From positions 1,905 through 65,904 of the forward strand of contig JAJEBQ010000040.1 of assembly GCA_022822495.1 (NCBI GenBank): 64,000 bases of DNA. The letters are read 5' to 3'. Positions 1-10,198 of the stretch are shown here, piece by piece; the first letter of the stretch is position 1; every line of letters begins with the position of its first letter. A model generated the notes under the pieces. The model saw only the letters and a program-made list of their open reading frames with translations. It searched no databases and was not told the DNA's origin. The DNA is from Paracoccaceae bacterium. Lineage in GTDB: Bacteria; Pseudomonadota; Alphaproteobacteria; Rhodobacterales; Rhodobacteraceae. Position numbers and translations under genes: made by a program.

Positions 1-1056
1 TGAAAGGAACTGTAAAGCCGCAATAATGCCATCTCCCGTTGTAGAGTATTTCGAGATTATGATATGGCCCGAATTTTCTCCACCCAAACTAAGGCCGTTG
101 GTAAGTAACTCGTTAGAAATGTTTCGGTCACCAACAAAAGTCTTAACCAGTGAAATTCCTTGTTTCTCAAGATAGGTCTTTAGTCCCAAATTTGACATTT
201 TTGTGGCCACCACAGTGTTTTTATGCAATTGGCCATCTTTAGCCAATCGTGTCGCAAACAAAGCAAGCAGTTGATCACCTTCTACTACCCTGCCTTTTTC
301 ATCACAAACAAGGATCCTGTCACCATCCCCATCCAAGGCCAAGCCTACATCAGCTCTTGTTTCCTTGATTTTTTCAATCAGGAGAGTCGGATCGGTTGAG
401 CCACATTTTTGATTGATATTAAACCCATTGGGCGAAACTCCTATTGGGACAACTTCTGCGCCCAATTCCCAAAGTATTTCGGGCGCAACCTTGTATCCCG
501 CTCCATTGGCACAATCAATGACAATCCGCAAACCTGTAAGTCGTAAATTTTTCGGGAACGTCGTTTTGGCAAATTCAATATAGCGTCCCAAGCCACCATC
601 AATTCTTTTTGCCTTCCCAATATTCTCTGGTGTTTCCAAGGTGATATTGGCATCTATTAACTTTTCGATTTTGTTCTCGGTTTCCAAAGGAAGTTTATAC
701 CCATTGGGGCCAAAAAACTTCAAACCGTTATCCTGATAGTCATTATGAGAAGCGGTTATCATCACACCCAAATCTGCACGCATAGATCTGGTTAACAATC
801 CTATTGCAGGTGTTGGTATGGGACCAAGCAAATGAACGTTCATACCAGTTGCTGTAAGACCTGCGGTTAAGGCATTTTCCAACATATAACCTGACCGTCT
901 GGTATCCTTCCCTATTACAACACGGTGTTGATTGTTGGGTGTTTTACGAAAAAACTTGCCGGCTGCCATACCAATCTTCAGTGTAACTTCTGCTGTTAGT
1001 GGGAAGGAATTCGCTTCGCCTCTAATGCCGTCTGTACCAAAATAAGGATAACCCAT
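1..1056 (-). CDS. glmM: Phosphoglucosamine mutase, N-terminal part (3' end runs off the window)
   Basis: Absent from the ORF track because no stop lies in the window. Reverse-strand translation from the ATG at 1056 reads MGYPYFGTDGIRGEANSFPLT... and contains the phosphoserine loop TASHNDYQDNG typical of GlmM-type phosphohexomutases. Confidence 0.85.
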   Translation of the reverse strand, partial: MGYPYFGTDGIRGEANSFPLTAEVTLKIGMAAGKFFRKTPNNQHRVVIGKDTRRSGYMLENALTAGLTATGMNVHLLGPIPTPAIGLLTRSMRADLGVMITASHNDYQDNGLKFFGPNGYKLPLETENKIEKLIDANITLETPENIGKAKRIDGGLGRYIEFAKTTFPKNLRLTGLRIVIDCANGAGYKVAPEILWELGAEVVPIGVSPNGFNINQKCGSTDPTLLIEKIKETRADVGLALDGDGDRILVCDEKGRVVEGDQLLALFATRLAKDGQLHKNTVVATKMSNLGLKTYLEKQGISLVKTFVGDRNISNELLTNGLSLGGENSGHIIISKYSTTGDGIIAALQFLS

Positions 1057-1119
1057 TTTTTTCCTTTATTTACTCTATACCTGCAAGATTACAGGATTTT
1101 GAAGGGTTATAAAAGGCCG

Positions 1120-1887
1120 TTAGTGTGAATAGAAATAATGCTTGCCCGCCCGCCCCAGCAATTCAAAATCCGATACCCAGAATGGTTTTACATGGGCGGC
1201 ATGAAAATGTGTAGGATCATCAAAAATCTCGGGATAATGACCATCTAGAAACTTTATCGCCATGCGTTGTATTTCCAAATAGGTTTCTTTTTCATGGTAA
1301 ATTTCTGGGACCCCGTCACAAAAATAGCTGAATTGACAACGGGCTTTTTCAACGCCACCCTGATGGACTACGCCACAAATTGTATTCGGAAATTCAGAGG
1401 ATTTAACTCTGTGGATAATGACTTCAGCGACAGCTCTTTGACCTTCTAATGTTTCACCCCTAGCTTCAAAATATAACGCTTCGACAAGACAAGAAAAATC
1501 ACTTGCATAATCAGGCCTAGTTGTCGGAGCCCCCATTTGAATTAGTTGATTGCTCATGTTCCTTGAAAGTGAGACCATTACTTCAGGGTCAATCAAACTT
1601 TCTCCTAAACTTGGGACAGTACCAACTGTTGTCATAAGGTTTTCCCCGACAGAATTATTTGGTTTTCCTGGACTTGAATTTCCCAAAGATTTAAGTTGTG
1701 GGAATTGCTCAAATGAAGCTAACAATATCGCTTCGTCTGCAAACTGCATTAATTTTAATTCTGAGGGCTGTTTGTCGACTTCGTCGAAAGATTCGTCCGC
1801 AGTGGTTGTCAATGTGCTGCCACCCCAAATACCAATACCCATTATCAAGATAAATGGCATTTTGTATTTCTCCAAGATCTTAGTCAT
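1120..1887 (-). CDS. Cell wall hydrolase, SleB/Hydrolase_2 family, secreted
   Basis: N-terminal hydrophobic signal. The C-terminal domain EALYFEARGE...AVAEVIIHRV...CQFSYFCDG matches SleB-type lytic enzymes common in alphaproteobacteria. Confidence 0.75.
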   Translation of the reverse strand: MTKILEKYKMPFILIMGIGIWGGSTLTTTADESFDEVDKQPSELKLMQFADEAILLASFEQFPQLKSLGNSSPGKPNNSVGENLMTTVGTVPSLGESLIDPEVMVSLSRNMSNQLIQMGAPTTRPDYASDFSCLVEALYFEARGETLEGQRAVAEVIIHRVKSSEFPNTICGVVHQGGVEKARCQFSYFCDGVPEIYHEKETYLEIQRMAIKFLDGHYPEIFDDPTHFHAAHVKPFWVSDFELLGRAGKHYFYSH

Positions 1888-2057
1888 TAAACATCTCTAT
1901 AAATATAAAACACACACTGCCACTATAACCTCAAGTCTGTACGGATTGTCTTGTGACAGAATCAATTCGCTTTGCCTCATATTCCATCACTTTGGTTCGA
2001 ATCGTTATTATTTAATAATCCAATTCTTAATAGTGATTAATCTGTGTAATTCAAGAT

Positions 2058-4562
2058 TTAGTTTGCTTTAACTTGGTTGGCCGCTTCGTTGATAACACAT
2101 TGAGCTGCTGCCAAACGCGCTAATGGAATACGAAACGGTGTACATGAAACATAGGAAAAACCCGTTTCCCTGCAGAATTGAATAGTGCTGGGATCAGCTG
2201 AATGTTCACCGCAAATTGAGAGAATTAAATCCTTTCTGGCCGCCCTTCCCCTTTGCACCGCCATCAGCAAAAGTTCGCCAACACCTTCAAGATCAATACT
2301 CACAAAAGGGTCTGTCTGGAAGACACCCTGCTTTAGATATTCATCAATAATTCTGGAGGCATCATCTCTACTAATGCCAAACGCCAACTGAGTCAGATCA
2401 TTGGTACCAAAACTTAAAAAGGTGGATTTTTCTGCTAAATCTCCTGCTCGCATCGCAGCCCGCGGTGTTTCAACCATGACACCTATTTTATAGGATAAAA
2501 CGCATCCCATTTGATCTTGAATGTCCTGTGCGATTGTATCCACAAGCTCCTTGATTAATTCAACCTCCTTGTTGGCAGAAACCAGTGGGATCATAATTTC
2601 CGGTTTAGCCTGCATTCCATTGCTAATCAATTCCGCTGCTGCCTCAAATATAGCTCTCGCCTGCATTTCATAGATTTCAGGCATGGTAATTCCCAATCTA
2701 ACACCGCGCATCCCTAGCATGGGATTAAACTCCCTTAGTTCATCCATACGGGATACAATCTGACCAACGGGCAAATTGAAGGCTTCAGCCAACTCCCTGA
2801 TTTCATCATGATCACGTGGAAGAAACTCATGTAGGGGAGGATCCAAAAGTCTTATACAAACAGGAAATCCAGCCATTTCTACAAAGAGGTCTTTGAAGTC
2901 ACCCTTCTGCATTTCCTGAAGTTCCTTCAAAACTTCCCTTCGATCTTCAGCACTATCTCTGAATATCATTTCGCGCATGACGGTCAAACGTGATTGTGCA
3001 AAAAACATATGCTCTGTACGACACAATCCGATACCTTCGGCTTTGAATCCTTTTGCAACCGCAACTTCTTCCAAGGTGTCTGCGTTGGCCCTTACCCCAA
3101 TATCCTTGATTTCATCAGCCCAGTTCAAAAAGGTGTCAAAATCTCTATCAAGGCTAGGGCGTACTTTGGTAACAAAGCCATCAATGACAATCCCACGAGT
3201 TCCATCAATCGTTATTTCATCACCCTCCCGCAGAATTTTTCCACTTCTGGATACCAAAGTTTTCTCCCGGGGATTAAACTCCAAATCGGTGGCTGCAGCA
3301 ACACATGGGACCCCCAAACTACGGGCAATCACAGCTGCATGACTGGTCAAACCGCCCCGACCGGTTAACACACCCTTTGCTGTATACATACCCTTGATAT
3401 CTTCAGGACCAGTTTCAGGTCTTACCAGAATACACGATTGTTCTTTGGCTGCCATCTCTTCAGCAGCCTTTGATGAAAATACGATTACTCCTGAGGAAGC
3501 ACCAGGACTTGCTGCTATTCCATTGGATAGTATTCTGTCTTCGGAAAAATCATCCAATTGTGTATGAATAACTCTGGTAAGGCTTTCAGGTTCAATTCTC
3601 AATAAGGCTTCGGGTTTGGTTATGATTTGATCCTCCACAAGACCAATTAAAACATTTATCTCTGAATTGATTGATCTTTTCGGGATCCGGTAATCCAGAA
3701 TTACTGGCTGATTGTTATCCATGGCAAATACCATTTCAAACTCATCCTTTAATTCCTTTCGTAAGGTTATGTGATATCCCCTGAGGATATCCGCAACTTG
3801 TTTGGAGGTATCTTCCACCATGTGCATTTTCTTGAGGTTTGATAAATCAAAATACATAATTTGATGATCTGCTTTATTTTGACCAGATCCTTTATGACTA
3901 GTGCTTTTTCCTACTTTCAGGTAACCATTCCCCTTGTGATAAATCATTTCCTGAATGATCAGACCAAGGCCAGCATCTTCAGGTGCATCCTGTGCCCGTC
4001 TTAACATTCTTGAAGTTGTACCTTCCCATATTCTGGCCATAGATCTGATGCAATGATACAGTTGTTGGTTGGGATCTTGTGTAAATTCCTCATCACGTTC
4101 GGCCCTGTATCTCTCAAGGGCTTGCAGAATTTTTTCATTGGTTGGGATATTTTGGCTCTGGATATCTTCGAACTCTTCAGGGTCTAACCGGAAGACTCTA
4201 ATCGAATAGTCAATGATAAAATTCAAATAAATGTTTGCGGCGATCTCTTGTCCGTATTTGGCAATTTTTTCCTGAAAAATGGCTTCATTAATTCCAACAT
4301 TCAAAATGGTCGGCAAACCACCCCATTCGACATGCTCGGAACTGGGTCTGATCGAGAATAAACTGTCTTTGGAAAAATTTGAAAGAATCTCCTGAGTATT
4401 TAGTACAGACCCTTGCGCTACCGCCCTTACAGTTGAAATTGGCAGGACAACTGATTTTGGGGTTTTAATGCCCATAGCAGATAATTTTGAGAGCCTAGCC
4501 GCTTTTTTTCCATACTCCCTTGCGTCTAACACCAAGTCATTTTCGAGAGTACAAAATTTCAT
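2058..4562 (-). CDS. ppdK: Pyruvate phosphate dikinase homologue (PEP-utilising enzyme) with divergent N-terminal ATP-grasp domain
   Basis: The phosphohistidine swivel motif GGLTSHAAVIARSLG, the PEP/pyruvate domain GLCRTEHMFF, LDPPLHEF and FGTNDLTQ, and the catalytic Cys in ICGEHSADP are all present. The protein is 834 aa, shorter than canonical PPDK. Confidence 0.8.
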   Translation of the reverse strand: MKFCTLENDLVLDAREYGKKAARLSKLSAMGIKTPKSVVLPISTVRAVAQGSVLNTQEILSNFSKDSLFSIRPSSEHVEWGGLPTILNVGINEAIFQEKIAKYGQEIAANIYLNFIIDYSIRVFRLDPEEFEDIQSQNIPTNEKILQALERYRAERDEEFTQDPNQQLYHCIRSMARIWEGTTSRMLRRAQDAPEDAGLGLIIQEMIYHKGNGYLKVGKSTSHKGSGQNKADHQIMYFDLSNLKKMHMVEDTSKQVADILRGYHITLRKELKDEFEMVFAMDNNQPVILDYRIPKRSINSEINVLIGLVEDQIITKPEALLRIEPESLTRVIHTQLDDFSEDRILSNGIAASPGASSGVIVFSSKAAEEMAAKEQSCILVRPETGPEDIKGMYTAKGVLTGRGGLTSHAAVIARSLGVPCVAAATDLEFNPREKTLVSRSGKILREGDEITIDGTRGIVIDGFVTKVRPSLDRDFDTFLNWADEIKDIGVRANADTLEEVAVAKGFKAEGIGLCRTEHMFFAQSRLTVMREMIFRDSAEDRREVLKELQEMQKGDFKDLFVEMAGFPVCIRLLDPPLHEFLPRDHDEIRELAEAFNLPVGQIVSRMDELREFNPMLGMRGVRLGITMPEIYEMQARAIFEAAAELISNGMQAKPEIMIPLVSANKEVELIKELVDTIAQDIQDQMGCVLSYKIGVMVETPRAAMRAGDLAEKSTFLSFGTNDLTQLAFGISRDDASRIIDEYLKQGVFQTDPFVSIDLEGVGELLLMAVQRGRAARKDLILSICGEHSADPSTIQFCRETGFSYVSCTPFRIPLARLAAAQCVINEAANQVKAN

Positions 4563-4614
4563 GTTCCATTCTCAGATTATTTTGCAAATAACAGAATATA
4601 TTTAGCCTTAGTGA

Positions 4615-6771
4615 TCAATGAGTTGATATCAGTTGCAAATCAAAATCTTCGGCTAATATTCCTCGTATACTACCCAATAAACCAAGCCTGTTATGGCACA
4701 ATTTTTGGTCATCAACGAGAATCATTACATTATCAAAGTAATCATCAACGGCTTTGCGCAATTTTGATACTTCCTGTAATTTACTCAAGTAATCACCCTC
4801 ATTGATGTTGGAGATTTTTTTCAATGTATGTTCATAATTGTTAAACAATGACTTTTCGTAAGCCGAAACAAACAGATCGACATCAATTTTTTCTACACTG
4901 GATTCTGGATAAGGAGATTCAATTTCCCTTGCTTTATCAGAACTTAATATTTTAGAAATTCTCTTGTTGAGATGAAGAAGGTCCTTCCCTGGAGGTGTCA
5001 GCAAAATATTTTCCAACGATTCTATTCTTCGTGAGGTTTCGTAGAGATCATCGTTATTGGGAACATTGGTACAAGCCTCTATCTCCTCAGGTTTTTTTCC
5101 TTTATCTCCAAGATAAATTGTAAATCTACGCAGAATGAAATCCATTACTTTATCTATAACCACTCGCTTCTCGTCCCTGGAAGTCTTAAGGATCAGCCGC
5201 GAGGCTTCATCCGTCGTTGGAGATGCATTAAAATGCTGATCAATTGAATATGAAATAATATCGCGAAGGTGCAATCCACTAATCCTGTTTTCGAGAATTA
5301 ATCTAATTGCTCCCAAAACAGCTCTTCTAAGAGCATTGGGATCTCCCAAACCGGTGGGTATGTCCTTTCGAAGAAAGAAACCCACAAGATGATTAATCCT
5401 GTCTGCCAAACCCACAGCAATACTGGTTGGATTGGTTGGAACTGTATCGGAGGTCTTTACTGGTAGGTAATGTTCTTCAATTGCTTCACAAATACTGGGA
5501 GATACTTCCTTTTTTGAAGCATAATATCTTCCTATAATGCCCTGAAGTTCCGGGAATTCTTTAACCATAAGGGTTACAAGATCAAATTTTGAGAGTTGGG
5601 CAGCCAAGGCCGTTTTTTCTTCATCCCATGATAATTCTGATGCAATTTTACTTGCAAGAACCTTTATCCGGTCTACCCTGTTCTTTTGTGTTCCTAATCC
5701 ATAACTGTAACGTACGTTCTTCAACCCATTGGAAACATCTGTAAGGTTGGTCGGAAACTTGGATATGTCTTCATGCAAAAAAAACTGAGCATCCGAAAGT
5801 CTTGAGGCTAGTACACGTTGATTCCCACGGATGACGGTTTTTCCTTCATCTTCCGTCTGGATATTGGCAACAGAAATGAAGTTGGTTATTTTTCCGTTCA
5901 CAGAGTTTCTGACTGATAGATACTTTTGGTGAACCTTGATAGAGGTTTGCAGAACTTCATCAGGCAGGTCTTGAAACTCAGTATTTATATTACCAACGAG
6001 TGGAACAGGCCATTCAACCAGACCTGTTATTTCTTCCAACAAGTCTTCGTCTTGAACGAGTTCCAGGTTAGGAAAATGACTTAATTCTTGATCAATAGCC
6101 TTGAGTATGCTTTTTTTGCGATCTTCTGGGTCAATGATTACCAATGAGTTTAATAATTCTCTCCTGTAAGATTCAAATGAATGGATGGTAATTTCATCCG
6201 AACCCATGAACCTGTGCCCAAAGGTCGTATTTCCTGCCGTCAACCCAGCAAATTCGAAGGGAACAACTTCGGACTTGTCATGGTCATATAGAATACCTAA
6301 CAAGGATTTTATTGGCCGTATCCATTTTGTTCTTCCTGTCCCCCAATACATGGATTTGGGAAGAGACATTTTTCCAAGAACCGAAGACATTACTTGCTGG
6401 AGTAGAATATTAACATATGCACCCGGAACATTTTCAATTAGAAAATAATACTCTCCATTTCCAACAGTTTTGACTGTGAGGTCCTCCATCTGCTTGTTTT
6501 TGGCTTTTAAAAAGCCTTTAATCGCTTTTTCAGGTGCTCCTATTCGCGGTCCCCGAGTTTCAACCTTTTGCTTTTCTGTTATCCATGGAAGACCTTCAAG
6601 GACAAGACTAATTCTTTGGGGAGACGAGAATGTCTTTGAGTTGCCGCAAGGTATTTTTAATCCTTGCAACTCTTCAAGCAACCTGTTGTTAAACTGCTTA
6701 ACCAGGGGTTTCTGAAAACGTGAGGGAATTTCTTCAGAATATATTTCTATCAACAAATTGGGCATAATCAA
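4615..6771 (-). CDS. glyS: Glycine--tRNA ligase beta subunit
   Basis: 718 aa. The N-terminus LLIEIYSEEIPSRFQ is typical of GlyS, and the gene lies directly downstream of glyQ. Confidence 0.9.
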   Translation of the reverse strand: MIMPNLLIEIYSEEIPSRFQKPLVKQFNNRLLEELQGLKIPCGNSKTFSSPQRISLVLEGLPWITEKQKVETRGPRIGAPEKAIKGFLKAKNKQMEDLTVKTVGNGEYYFLIENVPGAYVNILLQQVMSSVLGKMSLPKSMYWGTGRTKWIRPIKSLLGILYDHDKSEVVPFEFAGLTAGNTTFGHRFMGSDEITIHSFESYRRELLNSLVIIDPEDRKKSILKAIDQELSHFPNLELVQDEDLLEEITGLVEWPVPLVGNINTEFQDLPDEVLQTSIKVHQKYLSVRNSVNGKITNFISVANIQTEDEGKTVIRGNQRVLASRLSDAQFFLHEDISKFPTNLTDVSNGLKNVRYSYGLGTQKNRVDRIKVLASKIASELSWDEEKTALAAQLSKFDLVTLMVKEFPELQGIIGRYYASKKEVSPSICEAIEEHYLPVKTSDTVPTNPTSIAVGLADRINHLVGFFLRKDIPTGLGDPNALRRAVLGAIRLILENRISGLHLRDIISYSIDQHFNASPTTDEASRLILKTSRDEKRVVIDKVMDFILRRFTIYLGDKGKKPEEIEACTNVPNNDDLYETSRRIESLENILLTPPGKDLLHLNKRISKILSSDKAREIESPYPESSVEKIDVDLFVSAYEKSLFNNYEHTLKKISNINEGDYLSKLQEVSKLRKAVDDYFDNVMILVDDQKLCHNRLGLLGSIRGILAEDFDLQLISTH

Positions 6772-6783
6772 TCTACATTCAAT

Positions 6784-7731
6784 TTAGCTGCAATCATTCT
6801 TTGGAGCACGTTCTGCAGTTTCTGATTCCAGAAATGCTTCCCCACATTTTTTTGCCAGATTTCTAACCCTTCCAATCATTGAAGCCCTTTCTATTGGTGA
6901 TATAACTCCCCTTGCATCCAACAAATTAAACAGATGTGAAGCCTTTATGCACTGGTCATACGCCGGGTGAACCATAATTATTTTTTGCCCATTTTTGGGA
7001 TCGTTTTGAGGCTGTGACAAAATGTTGTCACAAGCAGTTTCAGCATCCTTGAAATGCCGCAAAGCCATTTCGACATCACAAACATCGAAATTCCATCTGG
7101 AATATTCAGTTTCCAATTGTTTAAACACATCCCCATACGTCTTGGAAGAAGACGTACCAAGCTGATTAAAGGGCATTTTCATCACATGATCAATGCCTAG
7201 TACATACATAGCCAATCGTTCTAAACCATAGGTGATTTCACCCGATACCGGATTACATTCCAACCCACACACCTGTTGGAAATAGGTAAATTGGGAAATT
7301 TCCATCCCATCACACCATACTTCCCATCCAAGTCCAGCTGCCCCCAATGTTGGGCTTTCCCAATCATCTTCAACAAACCGAATATCGTGATACCGCATGT
7401 CAATACCAATTGCAGCAAGTGACTTGAGATAGATCTCTTGAAAATCCTGTGGTGAAGGTTTGAGGATTACTTGATATTGATAATAATGCTGTAATCTGTT
7501 CGGGTTATCACCATACCGACCATCAGTAGGTCGTCGACATGGTTGTACATAGGCAGCATTCCAAGATGCAGGGCCCAATGATCTGAGGGTTGTTGCCGGA
7601 TGAAAAGTGCCCGCTCCGACTTCCATATCATAGGGTTGAAGAATGAGACACCCATAATTTGCCCAGTAATTCTGAAGATTTAGAATGACTTCCTGAAAAC
7701 ATTCAGGTTTGGAATACGTTTTAGTTTTCAT
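6784..7731 (-). CDS. glyQ: Glycine--tRNA ligase alpha subunit
   Basis: [17 protein letters not shown]...[15 protein letters not shown] is the hallmark GlyQ N-terminus. The ATG at 7731 is preferred over the GTG-extended track ORF (7764) by alignment to the E. coli GlyQ start. Confidence 0.9.
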   Translation of the reverse strand: MKTKTYSKPECFQEVILNLQNYWANYGCLILQPYDMEVGAGTFHPATTLRSLGPASWNAAYVQPCRRPTDGRYGDNPNRLQHYYQYQVILKPSPQDFQEIYLKSLAAIGIDMRYHDIRFVEDDWESPTLGAAGLGWEVWCDGMEISQFTYFQQVCGLECNPVSGEITYGLERLAMYVLGIDHVMKMPFNQLGTSSSKTYGDVFKQLETEYSRWNFDVCDVEMALRHFKDAETACDNILSQPQNDPKNGQKIIMVHPAYDQCIKASHLFNLLDARGVISPIERASMIGRVRNLAKKCGEAFLESETAERAPKNDCS

Positions 7732-8225
7732 TGTAGGGGTTGTCCTAAGTTTTACCCATTCCACCCAGGAATTATTTTAATTAATTCCTAGGTGGTATCA
7801 AAAGAATAGGAAATCAATATGTTGATTATTGAGGGTACTGACTGAAGGGCACCTCTTTTTTATTATTGTTTGAGATTCCCTGATTTTCAAAAGTCGCTTT
7901 TTTAAATGTTCCATCCCCTTGAACTCTCATTTTCTGTTCACAATTCAAATTTATTCTACGGTGAACTTTAAGCCATTTTCAAATGGTATCGTGTATTTTG
8001 TTCCAGTTTAATGATCTTTGATGAACTCGGCCCAAATTGTCAGAGGTCACAAATTTAAATGGATTTTCTCAACAACCAATTCAAAGTTCGTTCTTGAACA
8101 CTAATCAAAAAATTTTCAATGAATGATTGGGTTAATATGAATTTTACCTAAACTCTTATATATTTGTTGTTTGGCAAATTAAAAATGACCACCTGAGCGG
8201 TGAACCAGAATTGATTAGACAGAAA

Positions 8226-10145
8226 ATGAAAGCTCCAAATATCCTATTCGTAATTTCTTCAATCCTGTTTCTGGGATCCGTTGGAAGTACTCAAGAGCAG
8301 AAAAAAAATACCTGGATCGAACTTTATGTCACGAATAATTACCTTGAAGCTCTCCCCATAGCAAATGTACTTAATTTTCAATTTAATGAGATCGGAATAG
8401 TAACCACGGAGAATGAGACCTATGCGGTCGTTAGTGGTCCTTTTGAATATAGTACAGCTAGAGAACAGTTAGAGCTAATTTACACTAGTCCTTATGGGGA
8501 ATCCTTGCCTGCAAAATTAACTGAGAGTTCGAATTATAGACTATTCGTTTGGTCAAAGGGAGCTGTCGTTGAAGAGGAAATCTTGCAAGAGGAAGAAGAA
8601 CCGGCAACAAATGAAGAGGACATTCGTATAACAGACTTTCTAGAAATGATGAGTGACCCTTCAAATCAGGAAACATCAGAAAATAGTGACAACAACAATG
8701 TTCCAATAGATATCTTTTCGAATGAAGATCAAATCGATAATGAATCTGATTTGATTGGTACACAAGAAAACCATTTTCAACCACAGGATGATGATATAAC
8801 AATTGATTCAGAGGAAATAGAATATCATCAATCACATACCCCGTTAGTGAATGAATTGAAATTTTCTTCAATCAATGAGAAAAAACAAATCCAACTGGCG
8901 CTAAGGATGGCTGGGTTGTATTCCGGAAATGTCGATGGCCTGTTTGGGCCGCAGTCCGAAGCAGCTGTTTCCTTATACCAAAAGCGATATGGTGACGAAG
9001 AAACCGGTACACTTACACCACAGCAACAGGCCCGATTGTTTTCAGAAACGGAAAATATAATTGGCTTTGCAGAGTCCAAGATGTTGACAGACGATAAGCT
9101 TGGACTCAAGATCATATTACCTACTGCCTTGTTACACCTGTCGGAAATAGCGTACCCCTATGTCATACTTTCTCCCGTAGGGTTTCGAGATATTAATGTC
9201 GTATTGATTAGCATGGATGGCGGCAAACCAGGTCTGAGAGCACTTTATTCAAGTTTATTAAGACATGGTGAAATTCCAAGTGAGGGAAATCAATTTGAAA
9301 ATGACAGATTCAGAATTTCTTATTCTAATTTTGAACATAATTTCGTTGCCAGTGCTAGATTATTTAGCGACAGAATCAGAGGAGTAATCATTTCCTGGCA
9401 TCCAGACCAGGATTATTGGATGAAAGAATATTCTCAAATCATTGCTGGCAGTCTTGGTGAAGTAAATAGAAGCACAAGATTTGAATTTGAGGATACAACC
9501 AATATGGTTAATAATCTCAGGTTACTTGACCAGAATAATAACCTTGAGCCAAAGCTAAGCTCATCAGGTTTTTTTGTTTCATCAGATGGGGATATACTTA
9601 CAAGTTATGGCAATGTTGAGGAATGTTCCTTTATTAGCGCTGATTTCAATCAACCAGTGCAGATCCACGATGTTTATCCAGATCATGATTTAGCTCATTT
9701 AAAGCCCTTAAATAGAATAATTCCTCTCAAGTTTGCCGAGTTGAAAAATAAACCCGAAAGACACAAAACCGATGTTGTATTAAGCGGATATTCATTTGGT
9801 GGGTTGGTTAAGGAGGCTTCAATTACCAGAGGGAAGTTAGTAAATTCAATTTCTGATTTAAAAAGCAGCGAACGTTATATCGTTGAGTTTGAAGTTACCG
9901 ATGGTGATTTTGGAGGACCGATATTAGATGATACAGGATCGGTAATTGGCATGTTATCCAGGGCACTTCCCCAAGGGAAAATTCTGCCAACCAATATCCA
10001 CATGGCTCAAACTTCAGAAACCATGGTCAATCTCCTGGGTGAAGGTGCTTTGGATACTGTTACGAGCACAAAATCAAGTTCACTGGATTTAAAACAAATC
10101 AGTAGATTGGCTCGTGACATGACTGTTTTAATCCGATGTTTTTAA
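8226..10145 (+). CDS. Secreted multidomain protein: SPOR-like region, acidic linker, PG_binding_1 domain, C-terminal degenerate trypsin-like (S1C) domain
   Basis: Signal peptide MKAPNILFVISSILFLGSVGS. PG-binding repeat LALRMAGLYSGNVDGLFGPQSEAAVSLYQKRYG. Chymotrypsin-fold motifs SSGFFVSSDGDILTSYGNV, HDLAHLKP and GDFGGPILDDTGSVIGM, with the catalytic Ser and His substituted. Confidence 0.6.
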   Translation: MKAPNILFVISSILFLGSVGSTQEQKKNTWIELYVTNNYLEALPIANVLNFQFNEIGIVTTENETYAVVSGPFEYSTAREQLELIYTSPYGESLPAKLTESSNYRLFVWSKGAVVEEEILQEEEEPATNEEDIRITDFLEMMSDPSNQETSENSDNNNVPIDIFSNEDQIDNESDLIGTQENHFQPQDDDITIDSEEIEYHQSHTPLVNELKFSSINEKKQIQLALRMAGLYSGNVDGLFGPQSEAAVSLYQKRYGDEETGTLTPQQQARLFSETENIIGFAESKMLTDDKLGLKIILPTALLHLSEIAYPYVILSPVGFRDINVVLISMDGGKPGLRALYSSLLRHGEIPSEGNQFENDRFRISYSNFEHNFVASARLFSDRIRGVIISWHPDQDYWMKEYSQIIAGSLGEVNRSTRFEFEDTTNMVNNLRLLDQNNNLEPKLSSSGFFVSSDGDILTSYGNVEECSFISADFNQPVQIHDVYPDHDLAHLKPLNRIIPLKFAELKNKPERHKTDVVLSGYSFGGLVKEASITRGKLVNSISDLKSSERYIVEFEVTDGDFGGPILDDTGSVIGMLSRALPQGKILPTNIHMAQTSETMVNLLGEGALDTVTSTKSSSLDLKQISRLARDMTVLIRCF

Positions 10146-10198
10146 ATTGAAATCTTACAACCTCCTAGTGTTGATCCTCTATTAAGTTGGAAAAATTT

